A stretch of DNA of 64,000 nucleotides from the human T2T-CHM13v2.0 reference genome, Homo sapiens: NCBI RefSeq assembly GCF_009914755.1, contig NC_060926.1; one strand, 5' to 3'. Below the pieces are notes generated by a model that was not told the origin of the DNA, searched no databases, and was given only the letters and a program-made list of their open reading frames with translations. Positions 39,660 through 59,949 of this stretch are shown in pieces; position 1 is the stretch's first letter; each line of letters begins with the position of its first letter. A program made the position numbers and the translations under genes.

Positions 39660-39957
39660 TATGACTGTATTTGGAGATAGGGCCTGTAGGGAGTTAAGTA
39701 AGTTAAAAGAGGTCATGAGGGTGGGGTCCTAATCTGATAGGATTGGTGGCCTTAAAAGAAGACAGATATCTCTCCCTTCTACAGTGAAAAAGACAGCCAC
39801 CTGCAAGCTGGGAAGAGAGGCTTCGCTGGGAACTAGTGCCGCCTGCACCTTGATCTCAGACTTCTGAAGCCTCCAGCACTTCGAGAAAGTACACTTCTGT
39901 TGTTTAAGCCACCCAGTGTGTGGTATTTTGTTACGGCAGCCTGAGTAGGCTAATATA
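39660..39957 (+). mobile_element. MLT1A/B LTR
   Basis: gactgtatttggagatagggcc...tgtttaagccacccagt...gcagcctgagtaggctaata. Confidence 0.75.
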
Positions 39958-40138
39958 GTGGGAAAGTACAAAAAAAAATTAAAAAAAGATAATAGTGAAC
40001 ACAAAATTCAGTACAATGTCTATTGATATGTGGTGGGGAGGACAATGGGGAGTTCTAAACTGTGGTTCATATATTTCTTCAGCGGGGTGATGGGCATACA
40101 GCATCTGTTCCTTTGTTATATTTAAAATTGCATAAAGA

Positions 40139-40640
<502 letters not shown>

Positions 40641-41081
40641 AATAAAATTGCATAAAGAGTTTATATACACCATTTAATGTATGATGCGTACCAAATAAAA
40701 TAATTAAACCACATAGCCTACAGCCTCCCCCCAGCCCTCCCACTTTCCCTCTCCCCTGTGCACGGGAGAAAATAAGACCCAGGAGGGACAGAACGTGCCC
40801 AACGTCATGGGCTGCTCATGAAGAGGCCAGCCTGCCAGCTCCTGGCCATGTGCCTTGCCAGCTTACAGCCAGCAGCAAGCTGCTGTGGCGTGGTGGCACT
40901 GTGATCATCCCCAGGCTCACCCTGCTCAGAAGCCAGCTCGGATTGATTTGTTAAATACCCCACAAAATTCTGTCAATGTTTGCTTTATAAATTTTCATTC
41001 TCTTATTATGTGTTAATTTTATCTCCTTTGATATTGGAACTTATCATGTAGTCACCCTCTTTAGTAAGGCTGTTTGGCTTT

Positions 41082-41387
41082 ATTTATTTATTTATTTATT
41101 TTTGAGACGAATTCTCGCTCTGTCGCCCAGGCTCGAGTGCAGTGGTGCGATCTTGGCTCACTGCAAGCTCGACCTCCCAGGTTTACGCCATTCTCCTGCC
41201 TCAGCCTCCTGAGTAGCTGGGACTACAGGCATCCGCCACCACGCCCAGCTAATTTTTTTTTGTTTTTTTAGTAGAGACGGGGTTTCACCGTGTTAGCCAG
41301 GATGGTCTCGATCTCCTGACCTTGTGATCCACCCGCCTCTGCCTCCCAAAGTGCTAGGATTACAGGCTTGAGCCACTGTGCCCGGCC
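41082..41387 (-). mobile_element. AluY
   Basis: TSD GCTGTTTGGCTTT/GCTCTTTGGCTTT at 41069-41081 and 41388-41400. Confidence 0.95.
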
Positions 41388-41447
41388 GCTCTTTGGCTTT
41401 AAAGTCAGCTTTGTCTCTTCTATCGCTTTCATTTAGTGAGTATTCGC

Positions 41448-41707
41448 TTTCTTTCTTTTTGAGACACAGTCTCACTCTGTTGCCCAGGCTGGAGTGCAGT
41501 GGAGCGATGTCGGCTCACCGCAACCTCCACGTCCTGGGTTCAAGTGATTCTCCCGCCTCAGCCTCCTGAGTAGCTGGGATTAAGGGCTCCCTTTACCATG
41601 CCCAGCTAATTTTTGTATTTTTAGTAGAGACAGGATTTAGCCATGTTGGCTAGGCTGGTCTTGAATCCCAACCTCAGGTGATCCATCTGCCTCAGCCTTC
41701 CAAAGTG
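41448..41707 (-). mobile_element. AluS, 5'-truncated
   Basis: Alu reverse complement. Confidence 0.9.
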
Positions 41708-42927
41708 ATCAGGAGCCAGCTGGGGATAATGTGAGTGAGCATTTCTCAGGCAACTGTTATTGGTCCAGAGTGGCAAGTACTGTAAGCAGTCCATCGACAG
41801 AAGTCTTCTCTCCCATCTGCGGGCTCCGTGGCCTGTGGCTGCCATCTGTGGCCACTAGGACAGCAGAGGTCCCAGCTCTCCTGATAAGAGGCCAGTGAGA
41901 TGCCTCACCCCAGACCCGGAACCAGGAGCCAGTGATGCCAGAGCCGGGGCAGCCGTCGTGGTCACTGCAACACCATCCCCCGGGCAGCAGAGCCCCTCTG
42001 AGCCCGCCCGTGTGGTCAGCCAGGCAGGCTGCAGCCTCACTGGCCAGCACCAAGGGTGGCACCGTGGCGACTCTGAGACCTACCCAGGATCTCTCGGTAC
42101 ACCTTTCCTTCAGTTAAACCAGCCAGGGTTGGATTGTTGCTTGTGACTAAGAACTTGGATTTATACAGAATTTGATATAGGAAGAGGCAGAGTCATTACA
42201 TGTTTAAATAATACGGCTTAAATAATAGCAAAAGAAGAAGTGAACTCATGAGAAGCCCTGTCCTGGTGATTCTACATGATAAACAATTCTCCCTAGCAAC
42301 TTATAAATGTAACATGATCCCAATCCACACTTGAAGCAATATTGCTTTTACAAAAACATGAATGAACAAGGATAGCCAGGAATATCCTGGAAAAGTAACA
42401 AGCAGGCACTGGCCTGCCAGCTACAACCATGGGGTACTAGCACAGGATGGAACGGGATGCTCAGAAATTGCTCAAAGACACAGGTCATGCAGGTATCGAG
42501 CCATGGTCTTCAGCAGAAGCCCACCCTCTGTACTCCTCCTTGTAGCACTGGGGCTGGGCTCTGCACACCCCGCTTGACCAGCTGTCCTCTGGTTAGGCTC
42601 TGCCAATAAGGGTCACAAGAAGCCAGCTGGAGGGGGGTGAGACACTGGGCCTTCCTGTTTTGCCCCGTGTCTGTCTGCATCACCCAACAGCAGCCCTTCC
42701 CCTCAGCAGGAACCACTGGTTCCAGCTTCCACCCTTCCAGGTTCTCTCTCACTGTGGCAGCACCCACGGGAGAGCGCCCCTTTCTCTGGCTATGGTAACC
42801 ACAGCCTCTTCCCTATGTCCCACAGTGCTTGGGGAAGAGCTGCTTCCTAAGGTATTATCTCTGCGTTACTCTCTCAGGGTCCCCTCCCACCCGTTTAAAC
42901 ATGTTCAAACAATTCCCTATGTCTAGT

Positions 42928-43756
<829 letters not shown>

Positions 43757-45441
43757 AGTTGTTACACTCTCACAGTATGGAAGGTTTCTCAGTACAATAA
43801 AGAATACTGAAGTGTTATAAGGAAATATTAACTGATTTTCCCATAGAATACTAGAGAGTTCTGCAGAAGGGAAAAATGCCGTAAGTGAAGTAAAAAGGCA
43901 AATCAAAAATTGTGACAAAACATTTACTACTGATATGCAAAAGGGCCAGTTTTCAAAAATATATAAATTCAATAAGTTTAAGATGAATAAGCCAATTAAA
44001 ATTGTCAAAGAACACACACACAGTCCACATAAAGAGAAATGGCCATGGCCCATAAATATATGAAAAGATGATTGGCCTCACTCATACAAGAGACGTGGAA
44101 AATAAGGCCACATGGACATGCCATTTCTCACCTCTTGGTTTGGTAAAGACTTAGTAAATTTAAGAATATTTTCCATTGACAAGTGTGATAAGTCTGGCTT
44201 GTGAGAATGTAAACTGTTTAAACTCTTAGGGAGGGCAATGTGCAATAACTAACAATATTTTAAATATGTATAATAATGATCCTATGCGATAGATACCATA
44301 TCGCTTCTCATTTTACAGATTAGGAAACTGAGGCACACAGAGGGTTAGTATCTTCCCCAGGGCCATAGATCTAATAAACAGTAGAACTGGAATTCAAGTT
44401 CAGGCAGTCTGGCACTGAATACAATATGCAAGAACAGTCCACCACACGAGTGATCCACTCATGTGACCCAGGGGTTCCACTCTTAGGTCTTTATCCTACA
44501 TCTCTCATTGCACATGTACAAACTAAATATGTTCAAAGATATTCACTGTAGCAGAATACTGGGAAATAACCTATTTCGCTCCTAGAGATATGTTCATATA
44601 ATTATACTGCATCCATAAAATGGAATACAATACAGTCATTACATAACTGAAGCTTATACCAAAAAAAACAGACAAACTGTTGAGTGTGAAAAACAAGGAG
44701 CAGAGGGGTTCCAGTTCTGGCAGCAATGGCGCGGCCTCTCCAGGTCTCCCCCTCACACCATATGATTGATAAAAGCTGGACAAATCCCTTGAAACCATAG
44801 TATGCATTACAAAGAGCAACCAAAGCAGCCGAGACAAGGGTCTGAAATCCTTGAATGAAAGGAAACTCATGAGTTGCGTTCCATATCTAGTCTGGCTCTT
44901 CCCCTGGAAGTTATTCCGCGGCCCACAGGGAACAGAGCCCAAGCACAGCACAACAGCATAACTGCCCTGAGGGTAGAAGGGCCAGCAGCACAGACAGAGG
45001 GGAGCTAGGGAGAGGGAACCCCAAAGCCTGCATGCGCATTCTCTTCAAGGTGTGCAGCGGCAGGGCTGAACTCCAAGAAACTAGGCAAAAAGCAACCACT
45101 GGGAGGAAAAGAGCTGGTGGGAAGTTGTTGCCGACACGGTGCAGGGGAAACAGAAGCTGGAGTCAAGTCCGGCCGTGGGGGAGAAGAGTTGCGAACATCC
45201 CAGGCTCTCTGTGGCATGCCCGAGGAGGGAGGCCATGCAAGAGGTCAGGTAAATTACAGCGGCCTGTCCCAGTGGACAGTAGAACATATTCAGACTGAAG
45301 CGCAGTGAGAAGGATAGCAAATGCAGAAAGGGCACGGGAGAGATATGGGATGTGGCAAAAAAAAAAACCGGAATATATCTATATCTGGAATCCCAGAAAT
45401 AAGAGATTGGGAGAGAAGCAATATCTAAAGAAACACTAAGT

Positions 45442-45844
<403 letters not shown>

Positions 45845-46759
45845 TTATACTAAAACTGCTAAAAATAAAGGATAGACAAAATATAAAAGTAACCACAGAA
45901 AAAAAGACATGTTACTTTAAAAGGAGCAAAAAGAAGACTGGCATATCTGAGAAATAATGGAAGCCAGAAAAAAATGAAGTAATATCTCAAAGCTCTGAAA
46001 GAAGAAAAAGACTGCAAACCTCAAACTTTATACCTGAGGAAAATATGCTCCAAAATTAAAAGTGGAATAAAGCATATTTTGTTTTTTAAAAAAATAATAA
46101 AATTGTTCAACAAACCTGAACAAGTAACGAACAAAAATGTCATCTTGAACAAAGGGCCCTTCAGGATGCACAGAGCACAGAAACGAACAAAGGAAACCGG
46201 AAAAGAAAAGTTAGCAGTAAATGCACTGACTGCCTACAACAACAATAATAAAAGTATCTTTAGGGCTTAAAATACACACGGGAAAAAGACAATAGTCGTT
46301 ACACGAAGAGTCTTTAACTATGACTATTTAAAGTCATTTCCACAGTTAATTGCTTAATTCTGATGCAGTTTCTGGTAACTTCACAAGCACACAAAAATCC
46401 TATAATATATGGTTTCTTTTAGGAGTTCCATAAAAGGATGGAATAAAATAAAAACATATTTTCAGACTGGATAAAAAAATATAAAGTCAACTACACGTTA
46501 AAAAAAACACACATGAAATGGAGAAACACAGAAAGACTGAGCAGCTGGACCCAATCGAGGGTGAGGAAAGTAAGGTCTCAGATCCCTCAGGGGTGAAGCT
46601 CTGGGCCACCTCTACCTGCAAGGCTGAAAGGATCTAGAATGGGTGACAGGGCAGGGAGATGATTAATACTGTCTACAATCTTGGGACCAGCTAAAACCCT
46701 AGGATTATAGCTCTTGTTTGGTCTTGCTGCTTTCTTCAAGTTACTTATTTATCATTTGT

Positions 46760-47393
<634 letters not shown>

Positions 47394-48204
47394 TAACTCC
47401 CCTTGTTGATTCTCTTCAGAGACCATCGCTTTCCACTCCGTGACAGGGGCTCTGTGGCTTGCTGGATTTGTCTCTTCGCCGTCAGGGAAGAAATGACATT
47501 GTGTTCCCAGATCAATGCAGTGTAGCCACCGTCAATGACTGGACAGAATGAGAGGGCATGAGCCAGCCAGGCAGTTTCAGAGAGGCCTGCAGGAGACACA
47601 GCCTAGCTGCCACCACGGCTCCCCAGGGTCCTTGGACGCCTGCTGGTCCCCACTGGGCTACAAGCAGCTTTGTGAGAGACATGGGGGCGGGAGGATCCAC
47701 TGGCTTGGTACCTCTGCAGCCTGGAAATGGAGATGTTAATGTTCTGTGGGTTCTTCCCCTGTGAGATGCGGCAGTTCACAGGTCTTTCAGAAAATGAAAG
47801 GTGAAATGGGAGCTTAAACACAGTATGCATGTCCTACCACGCAGCCGCCAGCTCTTTGGGGCACAATTCCGGTCGCTTTCCTTGCTTGTCTGACTCATTC
47901 TCCTTTTCTTTTCTCCTGCTTCCCTGGAACTGCGTTCTTCAAAAGATATAGCATATATATTTTATCTGAGACTCTGCTTTCTGAGGAACCCCATGTAAGC
48001 AAAGGTCAAAGAGGAAAATCCAGACCGCTGTTCTGAGAGTCCAAATATCCCTATGTTTTACCTCTTGAATAGAAAAAACATCTGAAGAGGAAGTCAAATC
48101 AATCTCTGAAAATGTAGTTGCATGTAAAGGTAAAACTCTTGGCTCCAATGGGTTATATGTATAAGATGCCATTCCAGGAGAGAGGCCATGCTCTACACAC
48201 TGTT

Positions 48205-48545
48205 GACATAAAAAATAATGTTTAACCTTCTTCAGGTTATATTTTAGTAAATGTTAACATATGATCCAAAATTCTATGGGATTTCTAAAATTCTAATATG
48301 CCTGAGTATATGCTATCAATCATAATTATGGTTATGTTGTTATTGCAGACCACAGAAATAACCAAATTTCCTTGTCAACTGTGTCTTTAACTAAGACTAT
48401 TTAAAGTCATTTCCACAGTTAATTGCTTAATTCTGATGCAGTTTCTGAAAACTTCACAAACACGCAAAAATCCTAGAATATATAGTGTATTTTAGGAGTT
48501 TCATAAAAGGATGGAAAGAACCCTGAAAAGCACTCATGAACAAAG
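48205..48545 (+). mobile_element. ERV1 (MER4-group) internal fragment
   Basis: gaccacagaaataaccaaatttccttgtc...ttaattgcttaattctgatgcagtttctgaaaacttcac resembles MER4-group internal sequence. Confidence 0.65.
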
Positions 48546-49730
48546 TCCAGGAGCAATCCAGGGAGCCCAGGCCCAGACGCGGCAGGCAAGAGGCAAGGCT
48601 GCAGCAAGCAACTCTGCAGGAAGGACGACCTGCGCATGCCACCACCTACTGACTCCCCAGCACAGACGCGGCTTCCCCTCCACCTTGGCATAGGTGGCAG
48701 GGGCCCAGGATCCCTTCCAGGGAAAAGGTGTTCCCTTGGAAGGTGCAGAGGCAGGAGAAACAATCCCTCCCTTGACTGGCTCCAGGGGCCAAAGTCCTCT
48801 GAGAGCTCTTTGTGCTTCCCTGACAACCCCCCATGGCTGTCCTGTCGCCAGAGCCCTACGGAGCAGCAGATGGTTGTGCGCTTGATCAAACACAGGCAGA
48901 GATAAGACAGTGTCTGGGATTGCTCCAGAGGTGCCATGGCTGGCAGGAGTCAAAGGACACTTGAGACAGTGATGTGCTCTCGCAGAATCTATTGAGCTGA
49001 GCTGACTGAGCGGTCTGTTTTTCCTCCCGAGGCCAGCAGGCCAGCATGGAGACTGAGAGGAGAAGAGCACTTAGCCTAGGGCGGCCGGGGAGCAGCAGGC
49101 CCACCGCCCTTCCCGAGAGGCTTAGCTGGGGCGGGGGTGAGGCCAGGGCCCAGTCCGCTCTCCAGGCTGCCAGGAGCTGAGGCTTCATCCCAAAGGGCAT
49201 GAACCTGAGGATCCGTCTCCAGAGAAGCTGAGTGGGCCCAGACTCTGAGTGTGTGGGGGTGTCAGCAAGCAACGGGCTGCACACACCACCAGTGGCGCCC
49301 CCGCAGGGCTCCTCACCCACCATCCATGGGGGAAGCCTCCAAAGCGAAATGCACAGATCAAAGCAAACACAAGAGAGGATGGAACACAGAGGAAAAATGC
49401 AATGCAAGGGCAAAAGGAAACTGGACTCTACAGAAAGGAAATTATAGGAAATAGGGAATCCGGGACTCCAGGAAGAGGGGCTCTGAGAAAAGGAACAACC
49501 GGGGCCCCAGAACACTTCTAACATCTGCCAGGAGCTCTTAGAAATAAAAAATTATGCGCGAGAAATGAAAAGCTCAAATAGAATAGGAACATGAATTTGA
49601 GAAAATCTATTAGGAAGTAGAGAAAATAATAAAATCAAAGGATCAACCCAGGAAGTCCAACTTATAAATACTAGGAGTTCAGAAGGAAAGAAGAGGAAAG
49701 GAATTACAAAGATATTCAAGAAAATTTCCC

Positions 49731-50039
<309 letters not shown>

Positions 50040-51416
50040 AAGAAAATTTCCCAAAGTTTGGTTTTCAGATTTAAAGAGCCCACTGAGTTTTCAGCATAAT
50101 AAATGGAAAAAAAAAATCCCACCAAGTTATATTACCAGCACATTTCAGAACAGCAGGAATAATGCTAAAAGTTTCCAGAGAGAAATGGGGCAAATAGGTG
50201 ACAGATATATATATATATATATTTTTAATGGAAGAAAGAAGATCAATTCCTTTATAATTCTGAGGGAAAGTTATTCCCAGCCTAGAATTTAGCACTCAGT
50301 CAAATCTAAGAGTAGAATAATCTCAGATATACAAAGTCTCAAAAAATTTACCTAAGGAAGATACTAGAATACAGATTACAGCAAAACCAGTGAATTAGCC
50401 AAGAAGTAGGAAAATGACCCATTCCAGGAAAGCAGCCAGAATCCCCCAGGTGGTGAAAAGAAATCCTTGGGCTGGGGCTGTGCAGCTGGTCCCACAGGAG
50501 TAGGAGAGGCAGTGCCAGGGAGGAGATATTCACAAAGAAGAAGTGAAAGAAATTGATAGATGAGGAATGCGTTTGACCATGTGAGAAATATAGTTTATTT
50601 ACAGAGTTGTTGAAGAGTTTGAGCAGCCACAGATATATGCCCGGCTAATTTTTGTATTTTTAGTAGAGACAGGGTTTCACCATGTTGGCCAGGCTGGTCT
50701 CGAACTCGTGACCTCAAGTGATCTACCCGCCTCAGCCTCCCAAACAAAAGCTAGGATTACAGGCATGAGCTACCGCATCTGGCCCCTCACGTTTTTAATT
50801 TGTGTTTCTCTAGTGACCCAAGATAGATACCTCTACACATGTATAAAAAAGACTGAGGTTTTGGTTGTTGTTTTGTTTTTTGGCCTAACTGAAGAGAATC
50901 TGCTCATCCTTAATCTTAAAGACCTGCTGGACCATAGAAGGGTCCCTTGGATTCCTATAGTTCAGCTGAGCCTAAACTAAAATTTTAAAATAACCCTGAC
51001 AAAAGGAAGTGATCATAGCCGAACTACAGCACTGGATGTGGTATCGGGAGCTCATTTCTGTTCAGCCTGACGTGCAGTGCTGCTCCTGAGAGCTGACTGT
51101 GAGCGAGGAAAGAGGTTCTGGGAAAAGCAAGTGTGCATCCCCCCCATCTCTGAGAGATGGCAGCAAACACTTTAAGCCACCCTCCTCTTGAAAATAGTTT
51201 ACATAGCAAGATTCAATATTGAAAATGCACCTTAAATAAGTCATCTATCAAGACCAAAAATGAAGAGAAACATGGATTCCTGGAAAGTCATTATCAGTTT
51301 TGCCCTAAGGGCATCTGCAAAACCTCAAGGTCTAACCACTGAGAGGGGCTTGGAGAGGGGACACAGGGTCCCAGAGTGAGAAGTCTGGGAGGAGGCATTG
51401 GCAGAGAGCTGGAAGA

Positions 51417-51778
51417 CTGTCTTAGATCATTCTCGCTGCTAGAGCAACAAACCACAGCCTGGGCAAGGTATATGGAATAGAAATTTATTTCTCACAGTTC
51501 TGGAGGCTCAGAAGTCTAAAATGAGGGCACCAGCAGGTATGATGTCTGGTGAGGACCCAGTCTCTCCGTGTCCTCACACAGCCAAAAGGACAGAATGACA
51601 AAGGGGGTCACATGCTGAGGGAGGCCTCCTTGATAAAGGCCATCTTCCCACCCACAGTGAAGGGGCCCTCACGACCTAATCATCTCCCCAGGGACCCACC
51701 TCTCCATACTGTTGCGCTGGAGATTATATCATTTCAAGAGGAATTTGAGAGGGAACACAAACATTCAAACCTTAGCAG
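51417..51778 (-). mobile_element. MLT1A/MST-type LTR
   Basis: tgtcttag...gaaatttatttctcacagttctggaggct...acaaacattcaaaccttagca. Confidence 0.75.
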
Positions 51779-51892
51779 AACCTAAGTGTGAAACAGGACG
51801 TAAGCCTTGGGAATTGAAGGAGTCCGCAAAGGCACCTTCCTGTGTTGAACAGTGGCTGGAGGAGAAACTCAGCTGAGACTTCATGAGCGTAA

Positions 51893-52268
<376 letters not shown>

Positions 52269-53362
52269 TGATGCCAGATGGGTAGAGCCCCTAGAAGACT
52301 AGAAGAAATGAATTCAAATGAAGGAAGTCATAAAGCTTCAAGAAATTCCAACAGATAAAGTTCAAGGAAATTGGTCAGCTTACTGTGAAAAAAATGTCAA
52401 AACTCACAAGGAAATAATATGACAGAGAACCAAGAGAAAAGGCAGAATCAGACCCAGACTTCGGATCAGACACAGAATGTGAAGTAAGTTTAAAGGGTTT
52501 AAAGAAATAAAAGAGAGACTTAGAAATATGAACAATTAAAAAGACACTATAAAAATTAACAGGCAGACTTGAAGGGGGAACAGATAGACGAACAACCCTT
52601 CTAAAAATGAATTATATAGTAATTGAAGTTAAAAACTCAATGGACAGCAGAAAAGCTGCCACAAAAAATAACTGAGGAAATATAAGATATATCTGAAGAA
52701 ATTATGCAGAATCCAACCAAACAATAAATCAAAAAGATTTAAAAATATATTTTGAAGAGGGAGAGTCATGGAAGGGAGATTGAGAAGATTTAACATAACT
52801 AGATTCCAAGAAGGAATAATAGGGAAATGAAGAAAAAGCAAAATTTGAAGAGATAAAGCCTGAGATATTCTACAATTATTTGAAGGTGCTAAGCCTCAGA
52901 TCCAGGAGGCAGTTGGCCCTAAAAAGGGATAAATAAAAAGAAATCTGCAATAGACATGTTACCAGGGAAGTTGGAAGCAACAGAAAGAAAAGATCAACCA
53001 TTTACAAAAGATCAGCAAATAACCGATGACAGGTATGTATTTTTCAGAAGACGAGCAAACCACCCAGTGACCTTTCACGTTGTTAGGGGTCTCTCCTAAG
53101 ACCTTTTTCTGGGCATTGCAGCATCCTCAGTTCATTCTCAGGATAGGCCAGGAGTGCGTGACACTTACAGCCTCTGAAAGCAGCCCTCGGCCCATGATGA
53201 ATGTTAAATATATGGCCCAACTTCCTTTCCCCAGGTGTGGATAACTCAGGAATGCTCTAGATAGCCTCTTGGAGCCTCACAGGGAGACTGAAGGCCACCC
53301 CTGATAGGAGCAAATGGCCTAATAGTGTCCCCATCCGCTGCCTCAGCCCCACTCACTGCTAG

Positions 53363-53866
<504 letters not shown>

Positions 53867-54424
53867 CCCCTCATTCTTTAGAGTCATGGCCTGGCCGTGA
53901 CACCAGCCCCCAAAGGCATGGTGGCCAGGTCTGTACACATCCAGCCCATTCCCTGCATAGAGACCCCAGGAAAAGGTGTCCCCACTAGTGCCTTCTTCTG
54001 AGGAAAACAGTCATGCAGGGTGAGAGCTTAACTAAGGACATTAGGGATCCGCTCAGCCAGTAGGGCTCTGGGCAGTTGGGGCAGGCGTCTGCCTCTTCTT
54101 TCAGTGAGCTGCAGGGGCCCAGTGAGATGATGCGTATGGACATGCTCAGACTTTCCAGGAGTGTATGCTCCTTCACACATGAGCCAATGCTGGCTGCACA
54201 TCCACTATGCACACAACACTGTTGAGAAGAAAGAAGAGCAGTCATTTGACCCAAAGCAGAAGCAGATGACAATGATCGTGACAATTATTACAGCAATTAT
54301 GAGAGTAGAGAAAAGCAAATTGTAATTAAAATCATAGGTAAAAACTACATGGAATACGTCGGGAAGGGCTGGAAGGAAGTTAATGTATGTGAAGGCATTT
54401 GCGCTTTCAGGAAGGGGGAGGGTA

Positions 54425-54530
54425 TATTATACCTCCTAGCCATCAGGAGATAGGAATTTTTCAGCTCCATTATAATCTTATGGGACTAAGTCTGTCATTG
54501 ACCAAAATGCCATTATTATATAGCATATGA

Positions 54531-54533
<3 letters not shown>
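54425..54533 (+). mobile_element. Tigger3/Golem terminal fragment
   Basis: gataggaatttttcagctccattataatcttatggga. Confidence 0.7.

Positions 54534-54570
<37 letters not shown>
54534..54570 (+). repeat. (TG)n microsatellite
   Basis: Pure TG run. Confidence 0.97.
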
Positions 54571-54573
<3 letters not shown>

Positions 54574-55508
54574 GTACATGTGTTTTTAGGTTTTTTATAT
54601 TAACCATGTTGGTTTATAAAAACTTAGAAAAAAATCACAAGGCCGCTATAATTCCACCACCTGAATACAATCTTTTAAATATTTTAGTATACATTTTCAA
54701 GTTGTTTTGTTAAATATATTTATTTTACAGAATTAAAACAAGATTATATGTATTCTTCTATGCTGCCATTTATTTAGAAACATTTCATGAATATCATTTC
54801 ATTTCCCAGGTTAAAAAATATGGTGTCCAACGTATTTTCAATGGCTGCATAATTCCCCACTATATGGATGTAACCAAAACTTATTTAACCATTATCAGTT
54901 TGGGGGCCAGAAAGCTATATTCTGTTTTAGACTGCATTATAAGCAAGGCCATCATAAGCATCCTCAAGGTTTTGTGTCTAATGGTTTCCCAGCCTCTTAG
55001 CGACCTTATTTTTCTCCATAACTAACCAACCATCTTGCTTATAACCAACTTACCATACATTTATTTTACTTATTGTCCATCTCCCTCAATCAAAATCTAA
55101 GCCCCTTGAAAGCAGAGCTTTTTATCTGATTTATTCCCAATGCCAAGTACAGTGCCTCGGATGTCATAGTCACCAAATAAATACTTGTTGGATGTGGATG
55201 GATGCATGAATGGATGGATGGATAGACACAGGGATGACATCAGAGAAATACAGAATATGATAAAATCCTGGAAAAATGGGCCAACAGAGCCAAATGTTTT
55301 GATGGAGGGATTAGGGAGAGGCAGGAGTTTGTGTGAGTTCTCTTGGTGACAGGAAACAGTTTATACTTGTGGATGCCAAGTGTGGGTGGGGTTGGGAATC
55401 TATGCTCGTTGGCCAGGGGCTCTTTCAGGCCCCTCCCCCACCCTTGTTGGAGTAGACAACCCCCAGGTCCAACCAGTTTCAGAACCTATCATTTTGCTAA
55501 CCCAAGCC

Positions 55509-57710
<2,202 letters not shown>

Positions 57711-57715
57711 AAACC

Positions 57716-58646
<931 letters not shown>

Positions 58647-59949
58647 TAAGTCAGTGTATTGTAAAAATAAAATGTAAGTTCACATTAGAATAATATTTAA
58701 GAAAAATCATTCAGTGGTATCTGAACTGGGTAGCCTAGTGTAAAAGATTTTTCCAGGAGTCCCTGGGGAAGACCTGATCCCACATCTTGGGGAAATAAAA
58801 AATTTGAAATATATATTTTCATGTTACCCAAAAGTTAGGGGTGTTTGAAAACTGTCTGAAATGACAAAGTAGAAGGGTTGGAACAGTTTGCAGTGGCCGA
58901 ACGATGACCATGTGAGCATCGAAAATGAGCAATTGTCACTCACTGGAAGAAGCTGAATCTGTAATTATCCTCACAATTACATGATTTTATAAGACACATT
59001 AAAAAATCCTTAAATGCAAAAGCGGGGAGAGCCTAATAAGGAAGGCTAATGCTTACTAATTTTAACAAGAGGAGGACTGTGGGGTCTGCGGGAGTCCTAC
59101 CCCTGACTTGGGGTGTATGTGGCAACGAGGCAGAAACTGCCTTCTGTCCTACCTAAGAGAAAGACAGGGAACTCCCACAGCCAGGATCTGCCAAAAAAGG
59201 TCAAGACTACCAGCAACATGGGCGAGGGGGCCTCTGGGGTCACGTTGAGTTAGTCGCTGCATAGAAAGAGGGCTCAAATCTAAAAAATGCAAGAGGGTAG
59301 GTCACCCAAGGGTGGGGAAGGTCTTGGCTGGAGGATGAAGGGGCCTCTTGTCTCTGGGGCGAGGCGATGTCAAGGGGAATGACAAACCAAACCAGTCCAA
59401 AGCAAGGGGACTCTGTGTCCTGGGTTCTCAGACAAGGTGACCGGGAGGGAGCCCACCAAGCTCAGGGAAAGGCCTGGCCTCCGTCATCCACCTGAGCTCT
59501 GCCTTCCCTTCAGCCTTAGCCTCAGCGTGGACCCGGGACTCCTGCATCCTCCCGTCCTGCCCCGCCTGGGCACACCACGGCCGAGAGCCTCCTGTTGGCA
59601 TCAGCCTCTCCCCAGCACCGACTGTGCGCTCCCGCTCCCCCCTCCTCCCCACAACCCCGCCCCACACTACTGGCACTGCTGCCTGAGCCTTCCTGGAGTT
59701 ACTTAATCCACCCCAGCCCCAGGCACTGAACCACGCGTGCAGACCCCTCGTCCTCAGTTCTGCGGAGACAGAGTCCCCACAGCATTTCTGCTCCTCCCTC
59801 AAGACTGCGGCAGAGCACAGCACCAGTAGACCCCACACAGTGAGTACCTGTAGGGCAAGTGCCTCTTTCGTTCTCTTAATAATAGAGTCAGGTCCCTTCT
59901 CCAAGGGAAGACCCTGCCTTGCAGCCCCAGCCTGGCCTGCCCCTTCTTG

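Noticed and set aside
48473-49524. 150-212 aa ORFs in GC-rich unique sequence
   Set aside because: No recognisable domain or consistent splice structure; GC content explains the length. An enhancer role is not excluded.
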